Source of the DNA: Tubiluchus corallicola
Lineage: Eukaryota; Animalia; Priapulida
Assembly: GCA_030141605.1 (NCBI GenBank)
Contig: JAQGDQ010000519.1
Span: 62,001-126,000 of the forward strand
Reading direction: 5' to 3'
DNA: 64,000 nt
Shown: positions 26,301 through 38,300 of the stretch, one piece after another
Position numbering within the stretch: position 1 is the first letter of the stretch
Layout of the letters: each line of letters starts with the position of its first letter
Program-made: the position numbers and the translations under genes
The notes under the pieces: model-generated
Databases searched by the model: none
Seen by the model: the letters and a program-made list of their open reading frames with translations, nothing else
Told to the model about the DNA's origin: nothing

Positions 26301-29300
26301 GCACGAATCTCTCTTCTATATTGTACAAGGAAAACAAACATGAATACAGCACTGAAATTCTATGCCCATAATTCTGTAGAAGATCTCCACTCTTAGTTAT
26401 TACATTCTTAAAATCATTTTATATAGTTTATTGCCTGTAAGCCGAAATCCAGGATTCAAAGGCAGCAGGCCTACACCAAGCACTGAAGTACTTCCCTGTT
26501 AAACTGCCACAAAGGTGTTGCTATACTTAAACCATTAGCTACAGTAAAACTTGAGTTACTCTGAGAAATAAGTGGATCATGTTGAAACGTCTTGGCAATT
26601 TCTCTCGTTCATCTCCAGCTCAGTATCAGAATGTAAACTACTTCTGCTCTTCTCATACTTTGAATATAAATGTTCAAAACAGATGCAGGCCGCTGCGCAA
26701 AAGATTCCACCAATCAATATAATGAATGCAGGCTTCAAGTCCACAAGATGAAGCACTTGGGTTGCCATGACGTCAACTGATGGAAACAAACACTGGCAGT
26801 CGTTCTCGTAATAATAGTCGGTCATCAATTTACCTCCTAAACCAGACTCATACATCAAATTTATCCCATTCTGAAGAAGATGCTGATACGGACTGCCAAT
26901 CGGTACTGTCCATGTAAAGTGATGCTCCGAGTATGAAAAGGGCGCCAAAGAAAAACGACAGCGGCCATGCTCTTGAAAATCCCTCATCATCAACATTTCT
27001 AGATCAAATGAAACGCTCGTAAATGCATAGCTGCCCGAGTCAACCAAGTCAAGAGCCTCCTCGGGTGAGGGTGGCAAGGCTTTGTCATCGAGGTTCATCT
27101 TTTCCCACAACTTCCCGTAGATTGTACCCGGTCGGCTTTTACGAAATTGCTCAGTCGTTCCCCAACTAGCCAGTCCTACAGGAGTGATGGGACTATCCAG
27201 TAATTCTTCTAATGACGTAAATGGGAAACGAGGAGTTCTCAGTGTGAGGAAAGATACTAGTAAGCCAGTATAAAAGCCCGTCATAATGATGACAAACAAC
27301 CACCAGAATGCAAGGAGCATTCGGGAAGTCATGTTGCTTGGCAGGTACACACCGCCCTTTTGAAGAAAAGAGGCCAAAGTGAAGCTGGTGTAATACCAGA
27401 CACTCCAAGGAGCACCATCTCTCTCCACATTAAAAGTGCATCTTTCTTCGAGAAAAAGCAAACAGCCGACCAAGATACTGCATAATAAAAATGCCAACCA
27501 AAGATCTAAACCAAACGGTGACAGAAGAGAGGAACCACTGAGATTGTAACTTGGTCTCTTTACTAGAAACATGCTACTTGCAAACCAGCCATCAAACAGA
27601 AACGCCAATGATTCAGCACGCTCCGGAGTCCACAGCAAGGAGGTGATCAGGACATCCGCCATTCCAGCTTCAGCTACGGCAGTGTAATTAATCTCGGCAA
27701 GTGAGAAGTAATGAACGGAACACGTAACGTTCAGGGCATCACACAATTCATGCAGAAACAAGACTTCTACAGACGTTGGAAGGAAATTGTCTTCAATCCA
27801 GTACGCAGCCCTAATGTGTCCAGGCAATTCTTGCGCAGGAGGTACCAGATACGATGAATGCCAGCAATGAACATTTGTAAAAACAGCAGATTGACAAGGG
27901 CTGTCCGTACCCTCGTGTCTCGTTTTCGCATCTTTATTAATCTTCTTTTCTTCGACCACCACATTGTCCATGTCTTTATTATTATCCATCACCTGCTCAG
28001 CAAGATGCCTGACTTCATTATTCGTCAAACTACCTTTAACAAATGTAGTGCACACATTGCACGTGTACAAGTAGAATATTAGAAGCCACATTTTTTGCAT
28101 GTTAGCTGAAGAAAGCCAGAAAAGTAAAATTATTTGTCATTTCATTAAAAAAAGTTCAACCTGGCAGAACCACAATACAGAGTGGACGACGGAAACTGTG
28201 TTGATAGTAGCAAATCATTCCGGTATCATCGTATGCGCTATTACCACTGCCACCTAAGCAAACAATCAGCTTTCGAGCATAATAGATTAAAAATGGCCAT
28301 TATCAATGTAGTCAAATATTTGCATCCATTTTTGCTTCTCATGACAGGTAGTACGTTTATTTTACTGACCACGGGATAGCAGGTCGAACAATAGCATAGC
28401 AACACAACAATTAACATAGATGCACAATCTAACAAAATGTCAATAACGGCATACCTATAAAAAATACGCATACTGCACAAATGGGCACATTCTAGGTTTC
28501 AAGTCGCGTACAATTCAATATGTCATTTGCATAAATATTGCACCTGTCGATTGAGACAAATTTGCACCTGTCAACTCACATAAATCTGTAGCAGACAAAT
28601 AAAAAGCAGAAGTAGCACTCTAATTTCTACCTATATTGATGAAAAAGTCATACCAAGAATACCACTTCCTAATTTCCCACACCTACTGTAGCAGTCATAC
28701 CACAATCCTGGTACAGATTATGCAAAACAAGGCATCATTGATAAATCTTTAGAGCTGATGTCAACATAGTGCAATCTATTATCTTTCTTCCTACAATTTC
28801 CACTAACACATCCTTCTACCCTTCCTGTGTGATCTAACCTTTCTCCCAGTTCTTTTTTTTTTTGTTCACTCATCCATTCTTTTTTTATCGGGTTCACATG
28901 ACAGTGGGCTTATACAAGCCTTTGCTTCTCTAGTCCACTGCAGTACAATTATTCTTTTATGATAACGATAGTGTATGAAATATAACAATTTGATACAGTA
29001 TGATTTAATAATTTTGATGTCACTGTGTGCTTAATGTCATTATATTGTACTGAATGTGATAATAATGAACTAAAAAAACTAAAAAAAAAGAAAAAAAAGA
29101 TAACCAAGCGGTACTGAACAAACTACAAGTTGCTACACGACTGACAAGAAACCACCAACAATCACTCACAATAAAGTGTGATCTGCTTACAAAAACAATG
29201 TGCAACAATGCAGTTGCCAAATATTGTAAAGCAACAAAAAAGCATAAGTGACGAGTGTCACAAAATCATTAATAAGCACACTGTTACTGCTGCAATTACA

Positions 29301-32300
29301 ATCAGCCAGTAGTCTCCAATCATAGGCTTGTGACCCATTTTCGGCATGCATTTATTTGTACCCATCTATGCATTTATACATTTGAAAGACTTATGTAAAT
29401 GAAAAACAAAAGAAAAAGATGGCAGTGTGCACCACTCATACACCAAAAAATACATTATTGTACCTACTGACAATATAGGGTACTTAAACTTTTTTTTAGT
29501 TAGCGAACAGCGTGCTACGAATGTTCTGATTATTTTTTAGAACTTCACATGATGTTGTCTAAACTGTTTCAGATGGTTCTGTCTCGGAAGACAATGGAGT
29601 GTGCACCAAGAGAGTCAGTTATTGATCACATTGATGGAGCTGCAGTGTCGACTGTGGCTGAGCAGTCCGATCCTTGAACGTCTCCAGTGCGCACGCCTGG
29701 GCAAGGTGTATGGAGATCCTGAGTTACCCAGACAACAGGAACCCCCTCTCTTCCTCCCTGGTGTAGTCCAAAGGAAAGCGGAGCGATACGTTTGGCACCA
29801 GGTTGGCTGCAGGAGTCAGTGAGCATGCTGCACTGGTCCGCCTTCGGGGCTCCACTCCTGATTTGGAAGGTTTACTCCGCTACACATGGCCGTTGGGTCA
29901 CTTGACCTCCTCCGCCCTCTAGCCGTTGGCTGCTTTTTCAGCTCCTCCGCCTAGTGTCGAGATACAGTGTGGACATCCCGCAAGCCTACAGCACCTGGCA
30001 TTCCTAGGCGGTCACCCATCCAAGTACTAACCAGACTCTACGTTGCTTAACTTCAGCGATCAGACGAGAGCCGGTGTTTTCAACATTTCTTAGTCTTACA
30101 GATGTTTCAGATGACTTGCCATTAAAATGGCTGCTCATAATGGTCAATTTGTGAGAATGTGGGAATTTAAATTTACAAGTTTTATACAGCGTTACTGTAT
30201 GCTCTGTATGCAATAAAACAGAATGTAAGTGATGTAAATTTCAAAACACGTTTTTAAGCTGTATTTATGTAGAGTGTTTACGTGCCTTTTACCATTAAGA
30301 GCAATTTCCTAAAGTAAATCTGAAGCGGGGTTGACAGCCATTATCTAAAATAAGCTACTGGACGACATATTACAATATTATCACCTGTTTGACCAAAACC
30401 CTGAAATATTTTTAATAAAAATTACCGAGCAAAAAACGAACCAGAAATCATTTTCTGCAAACAGAATGAGCTTATTTCATTACCTGTGGAAGTTGTACCT
30501 GTATATTTTTAGGTGCTGCCATCTATTGACTAATCACTTTACATTTTACTAGCCAAACTCACCCCTAGTATAATTGTTCGGTCCAGTGAACATGCATACT
30601 CACTGGATCTCTCCCTATTTTAATGTAATGGTATTTGCGAAGCCAAGTTTGCATAGTTACCAATATATACTGACTGGATTCTACTTCTAGTTACTCTCTG
30701 TCTCACTCTCAATGCAGTGCAGAAGTCGTGCTACACAACTGTCTAACTCACACTCTCAGTGCAGTGCAGCAGTCGTGATACTCATGTTACTTACTGTCTA
30801 ACTCTCAGTGATCAGTGCAGGACACTGTTGTCCTCAGTATTCAGTGTAGCAGTCATTCTACATATGTGTATGTAGTCTAATAAACGCTTTTCAGTTTTGT
30901 GCAGATATGTAGTATAGTTGTTTATTCATTTTCGACAAAGTGTTCAACTACAACCTCATACATGACTTTCACATACAGAGTTCCTCAACCAGCGATGTTA
31001 AAGAAGCCAGCAAACACACCTTCCCAGTTGATGCAATTATTAAAACATACCTCAAGCAAGATGCTTCTTATTAGATAAAAGTAAATGTGTTGTTAGTTAT
31101 GTAACATGTGACCAGAAGTCAGAAATATCGCTTGATGTCGCAGAATCACAAACCACGAATACAAACGCGTGCAGGACATTTCCTCTTTTTGACACGCAAA
31201 TGCTTCTTTGTTCATTTGTCATGGCGTGGGGCAATTTTGACTTATTTAGAGAAAAAGACATTTTAGAACAAGTTTATCCATCTCATACAACAGTGCTCTA
31301 ACCGTGTACGACTTTGCAATCGCAACACACTAACCACCCTTGAAGCAAACATGGTGTTCAGTTGAATTTTGAACACGTTAATTATACTGGTGCAATAATT
31401 ATTAGCTTCTTCAATACAGACGTTATTGCAAAAAACGAACCAGAAATCATTTTCTGCAAACAGAATGAGCTTATTTCATTACCTGTATGTATTCGTTCGT
31501 GTCGGAGTAACTGACTCGGCTTCTTAAACGCCTTTCCGCACGTCTTGCACTTCTGCGGAAAGTGGGAACGATCCAGATATTTACGATACAACTTCTGCGT
31601 GAGCATCGGCGTCTTTCTCAAGGCAGGCTTATGAGCTGATCGCTGGTGAGCTTTGAGATCTAGGATTCGTCGAAAATGTTCTCCACACTTGCCACACTGA
31701 ATCAACCAGTGGTCAGAGGCCTCTAGCTGATGCTCACCCATGTGCCTCTTCAGCTCACTCTGCAACAAAGAAGAGAAATATTCAACTAAGACAACTTATT
31801 TCATAAACTGGAAGGGTTTGGCATTCATTGTCCCAATAAATACGAAAACAAAGATTGTAAATGAATTCACGGATGATTCTAAAGATTTTTATTCAAAAAA
31901 AAACGTTAAAAAAACACAAATATTTCCGGGCCCCTTCCTTAGGGTAAAAATTAGCAATATGCATACTCTCTTTAAAATGTGAAATTCTTCAAATACTCCA
32001 TGTGTAAAAGCTAAGTTAAACCACTCAATTATGCCAAACGTACTTATAATGATCACCACAATGTACTACAGCAGCGGTGTGCAAATTATTCGACTAGCCA
32101 GGCCACATTAAACTTTCCCGCAATTCCTGCGGACCACAGGCAGTTTGATCAAGGAGCCAAGTACAGAAAGGCCTAATAATGATTTTCTTTGCATCCGACC
32201 TGCGTACATTATTACTACTACACTCAAGAAACTATTTTAGAAGTTATTAAAATTTATATTACAAACCATATATTTCTACTTTCAGGACAACTAGTGGTAA

Positions 32301-35300
32301 TTACAATGCTTATTAGTAATGTGTATCACACAGTCTGTGTAGTAGAGTGACATTAAGCTACAACCGTCTTGTGAGGGTTAATGGCATCCGATCTAGTAGG
32401 AAAAACTACCCGCACTATCTTTGGGATCGTGGCATGGACTTCAGCTGGATACACTCAATTAATCGTCCGGGCCGCACTTTCATTAGGTTGACAAATCTCT
32501 CCGCGGGCCGCACAAATTCTCTCAACGGGCCGCAAGTGGCCCGCGGGCCGCAATTTGCACACCCCTGTACTACAGCATTAACGATTCTAAGGTTAATTTT
32601 TTGCTAACGTAAAAAACTGGCAATGTGAAGATATGTTCACCTCCAATAAGAACTCATCACCACACTCTCCACAGATCAGCGTTTCGTCCTGCTCATGCAT
32701 CATAATATGAGCTTTATAACTGGCCATCCTGTTAAACAATTTCTTGCACTCGGGACAGGTAGGTCTTCCCTCTGTGTGCGTCACCTCGTGTAGTCTGAGG
32801 TTCACCTCGAAGTTAAACGAAGCCGGACAGCGCGAGCATCGATGTGGCTTATCTGCTAGATGTTCTTTTTTGTGTCTCTGAAGTTGTTGCCATTTCGGAA
32901 ACATCCGGTCGCACTGCGGACATTTGAACGGTCCCTGAAATAACATAAATGCACACCATTAATTTTTCACAGTTACATCTGCACAATCGTGCAATCAAGC
33001 TTTAGTTCAGCAAGTGAAAGTCAACTATATCACTCTAGCAGACTTAGCTTTTTTTGTTAATTTTGCTTACAAATTCGTGCACGAGGCGCCATCTGTGGCG
33101 GGAATGTAAAGCTTTAGGTTTTGGCCATTTTTGCAGTTTGTTATCTGCTAGTCACCTGTCTGTTTTACCCACATGTGCTCTGAAAAGTCAGGTTAATGAT
33201 GTAGTCACAGAAACTGGCTGTCAACAGAGGTTAATACCACTGAATGCTTTATTGTAACATAATCAGTACATAAATGTCTCACACATCCCATAAAGTGGAT
33301 TTAACCTGACTGTTCAGAGCACAGGTGAGTAAAACAGACAGGTGACTAGCAGATAACAAACAGAAAAACTGGCCAAAACCAAAAGCTTTACACCCAGCAA
33401 AAGAGCTTTGACAAATTTCTGACAAAGTGTGAAAACCCAACAGCAGTTGAGAAATGGGAGCCTAGGAGGCATAACTTTCTTTTTTTTACAAAACATATTT
33501 ATTTTTCAAATGAAAATAATCTTTGGCAAACAGCAGTTAAGTTGATAATGATGATGCTTGTCCTTCGAATCGAAGATGACCATAGTGACAGGGATAAAGG
33601 GTCAGTTTGGGGGGTTGTCATTTTTGGGTGGGGTGTGTTGGGTTTGGTGGGTTTTGGTGTGGGGTGGGTGGGTGTTTTGTTGTTGTGGGTGTTTTGTTAG
33701 ATATTTACAGCATCATCGAAACGAAGCCCAGGTTAAACTAATACAACAACAACAACAACAACAACAAAAAATGAGGGGGAAAATGAAAGGAACATGTAAG
33801 ACAGCCTGAAGCAAAAGGTAAGAGGAAGAAGTGTTATTGCGGACGGTCAGTGAAAGATCATGTATTAACACTAATAAAATTTTGAACTAAGTTAAATACG
33901 GGAACATTTTGATCATAATTAAATAATGTAATTGCCACACAACATGGTAGACATTTTATGCCGCAGATTCATGGAACTGATGTTGACTGGAAGGACATTA
34001 GAAGCATAAAAGTGGCACTGCAAATGCTCTCTGCTCGCTACATATAAGCCATTAAGGAAAGGCTGAGTAACCTTCTTTAATATATTTTAGACAAGCTTTT
34101 ATCACGTTGTTGTTGTTGTTGGCATCTTTCTGTCTCGGAAAACAATGGACTGTGCGCCAAGAGAGTCAGTTATTGATCACATTGATGGAGCAGCAGCGTC
34201 GACTGTGGCTGAGCAGTCTGATCCTTAAACCACTGGAGTGGCCTCTCCAGGGCGCACGCCTGGGCAAGGTTTATGGAGATCCTGAGTTGCCCAGACAACA
34301 GGAACCCCCTCTCTTCCTCCCTAGTGTAGTCCAAAGGAAAGCGGAGCGACACGTTTGGCACCAGGTTGGCTGCAGGAGCTGCCGGAGTCAGTGAGCATGC
34401 TGCACTGGTCCACCTTCTGGGCTCCACTCCTGATTTGGAAGGTTTACTCCTCTACACATGGCCGTTGGGTCACTTGACATACTTGGCTGCTTGTGCAGCT
34501 CCTCCGCCTAGTGTCGAGATACAGTGTGGGCATCCCGCAAGCCTACAGCACCAGGTATTCCTAGGCAGTCACCCATCCAAGTACTAACCAGGGTCTACGT
34601 TGCTTAACTTCGGTGATCAGACGAGAACCGGTGTTTTCAACATGATTTGGCCGTAGACTCTGACAATGATATTGTGTTGATTTCAAGATCTAGAGTTATG
34701 TTGGTGGATTACACATTACTGAGCTTACGTTGAGTGGATAGGGAAGAAACTTATATCAATGATGAAACGATCAGCTGACGTAAATCTTATCAGTGACTTA
34801 GACTATTATTAGTTTATTAGAAAGGGTTTTTGAATGTAGGTTTTTTGCAGATAAACCCTTAGAAATGTTTTCATTAGGGCACTAGGAAAACCTTTAAAAA
34901 ACTTTTCATTTCAATAGTATACTCTTCTTTTACAGATTTTAGATTTAGATTTAATATCTTATTTCAAACTTCACAAAGTTCATATACACAACACAAATTA
35001 ATACAAATAATACAATAAATCATGACACACAACAATAACACAACTTTTAACAGAGGATAGTACAGCCCTTTATCAGTGTCCGACGTAAAACTTACAGAAA
35101 ACAGTACACAAAAACAAAGTTGTTTGGGACACAGCATAAAAATATTGGATCTATTTCAGGGTCACTAGGACCTGAACTGCCAATTAACTATTTTTATTTT
35201 AAATAGGTCAAGTGGCTTAACTGCAGACTGTTTTTTCAAGTTGTGAAAAATGGCGTTTTGTTTAATATCTTTACCTGGAAAACAAGTTTTTCAGTGAATA

Positions 35301-38300
35301 TATTCAAGTTGTGAAATTCACCCAAATATGTAGATTAGATAAACAGAGAATTGCAAACTATTTTTAGACTAGATTTAAATTTATTTATTTTAACAGGATA
35401 GTTACATCTGTAATATGAATTAAAAATGCTGGTTAGTAACGAATTAATTATCTACCAGCATAAAACTAGTCTAATACGAGAGCAAAATAAACAAATTTGA
35501 TTAAAATTGTAAATGAATTTCGCTAGAAATAGCTGCAATATATTATAAAATACAGACCTAATTGTATAGATTAACCCCTATAGGGTCACCGGGGGTAAAA
35601 AATTACCCCCAGTCCGGTTTTTTGCATTTTACCCTTTTACCATACGCATTACCAGTAAACCTTTCCTATGACTTTTTCTAAATATGTTTTGTGCACAAAA
35701 TACTTTCAGTTATTTATTTTAGGCGCATTGTCTCACCACGAAATAAAAGTGAAAATGCAATATGCCGATATTATAAAATTGTCGAAACTTTACTTCGCTT
35801 GTCTATACATTATACGGACGACATTTCTGGTAAAACAAAATGTCAGACGTCTGTATGCTGACGTAGAGCTAGCCTACTCACAACTGAAAAAACAATCGGA
35901 TCAGAAACTCAGTCACTCAACATCTTCAGATGTGGCAAACGGGCAAGCAATGTCGCTTGTCTACAGTTATTCCAGCATAGATAAGGGAACGTAACTAAGT
36001 GAACTTAAATTTCGTATTACTAGTAAGTCACATGTCTTTAAGCAGAGGTATAATGTATCCTATGGTGGTCAGCATAACCACAAATTATGCTGTTGCTGTT
36101 TACTAATGAAACGCGGCGGTTTATCAAAAGTAATTTACGAATTATGGTAGGGGTAATTTTTTACTTCTATTATAGTTTGTGGTTTTATTATAGCAAAAGT
36201 GGTTTGATCTGATATCTGGCTGTTGGCCTGGCATGTTGCCAAGTAGATATATACTGTAGAACCGTATAGCAGAAGCTGACACTTAAATTTTCAGATTTCT
36301 AACAATGGATATCGTATTACAAATAATGTCTGCTTTTATATTGTCAGATCCGGGTAGAATTATTAAATTTCTTATATGTAGTAGCAGTGGTAAAATCTTT
36401 ATTTGCTATTTTAAAAACATTGACCATCATAATAAAAGACAGACAATCAGTGTTAGTTCATATAAAAACATACACTGTTCTGGGCAAATGCGTCTGGTGC
36501 AAGCTAAACTATAAGTGCAACTAGAAATTCAAAAATAAAATATAAACTAGTTTAGTAAGGTCTAGGAAAAATGAAATTATGATTTGAGTGAGTATCATCA
36601 TGTTCGTATGTCAGATATTCAAAACGAGTCATTAAATGTTTTTTTAATTTAGACTTTAAATATTTTGGTGACTACTGGAAAGCCTCTGTTACTGCAAATC
36701 AAAAAAAACAAAAAGGCTATTTTAAATTTCTTTTAACGGCAAAAATAGATATAAATATACGCGAAACGCTATTGAAGTACACGTTGGCAAGTTGCCAAGT
36801 TGCTGTTGCCCAACAGCACGCCCTTCCTGAGTGTCACGCGTTTCTAGAATTGTTCTATACGTAGGTAGCAACTCTCTAGGCGCACACGCTTTATCTCAAT
36901 CTATGCATACACTACACAGGTGCGTGCAAATATGTCACGACGTTTGCTTTACCTTGCTAGTTATAAATTATTGATAACAGCATCTTGCAGTGAACTTTGT
37001 CATTATTTATGCATGACTTTGTGTTAGTTCAATACGTCTGCCATAAATAGTGACGAGTCTAGTCAAGTCATGAGTCGCAAGAATTTGTGCAAGCAGCTAT
37101 AACCAACATTAAATCACTCTTCTTTGGGCAGCGTGTAGTTCAACCATGGAATCGTCTTTCATCGTAATTCATCAGTACTTCATCAGTTGACAGTTTGAAA
37201 AGGCACACGAGAGAGGACGGTTTTTAGATATCTTTGGATAAGGTAATAGGCTGGTACATGTATCCTGATTTATCTTTCATAGCCAACAAACACAGGCCTT
37301 ATAGAGTGACGAAACGTAAACAGACGCATGACTAATTCAATTCTGTGTGGAGAGCTACACTGCCTGCTTTAAGTATGTTTGTCAGTATTTAGCTGTTCAA
37401 AACTGTGGCGTGGTACAAGTAATGGAAACGAATACGACAAGTGGTGCTGAAACGGAAGGCGATCGCTATACTACGTTTATTCAGCGCTGCATAAGTTCAT
37501 TAGAACATGCGTGTGAGTGTCAGGATTCCAACTGTCCAGTAACGAACTGCATAAAAGTGAAAATAGTCGTGATACACGCACGAATTTGTCAACAGGATAG
37601 GGAAAAGTGTGCTGCATGCAGCCATCTGATGACATTGTGTTCTTATCATGCTAAACAGTGTCAGTTGATGCAATGCTCTGTGCCATTCTGTCACAACTAT
37701 CGGCAGAGTTTTGGAGACCACAAAGAAGCAAGTTTCACTGTCGAGTCCAGCAGCAAAATGGCACAGGGTATTCCCGACAGGGAAAGAGGTACCAATTTTA
37801 TGAATCTTAAGCTCGCAAATTTATAAAATAAATAGCTATATTGAGTTGATTTAAAAAGTGTTAAAAATTAATCATAACAGTTCAACTCCTCTTGCGGGAG
37901 TCATCAACGTGGTGATTATTGGTTTTATTTTCTTTGTGTTAACTTAAGAGGTGCCAGTATGTCTCCTGAATCTTAAAAGAGGTGCCAATATGTCTCCTGA
38001 ATCTTATATTCATTGTCATTTTTAAGCATGATGTATGCCTTCTTAAGCCTTGTTAAAATAATCAAATATGACAGTGTATTGAATGCATTAAAATGCAGTA
38101 TGCAATAGTTGTGGTTAAGGTAACAAAGGTGTCAAAAAAGCGTCAACAAAATAATTATTCTGTTCGCTTACAGGTGTCCATAATCGTGATCTTCCAAAGA
38201 AGAGTAAATCACAACATTAGCTGTTTTTAATAACAAAAATGTAGTTTGAAAATTAGCTTTCGTAACCTGGTTGTCGTCATTGTTGCCGTCAATGATACTT

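Noticed and set aside
34539-34658. Functional 5S rRNA gene
   Set aside because: No T-run terminator, always fused to the same body, and dispersed with a TSD and tail, so it is a SINE head.
35571-36170. TTAACCC-starting element with GGGGTAAAAAATTACCCC palindrome and a 108-aa ORF
   Set aside because: Probably a transposon remnant, but no matching right end or protein similarity could be established.
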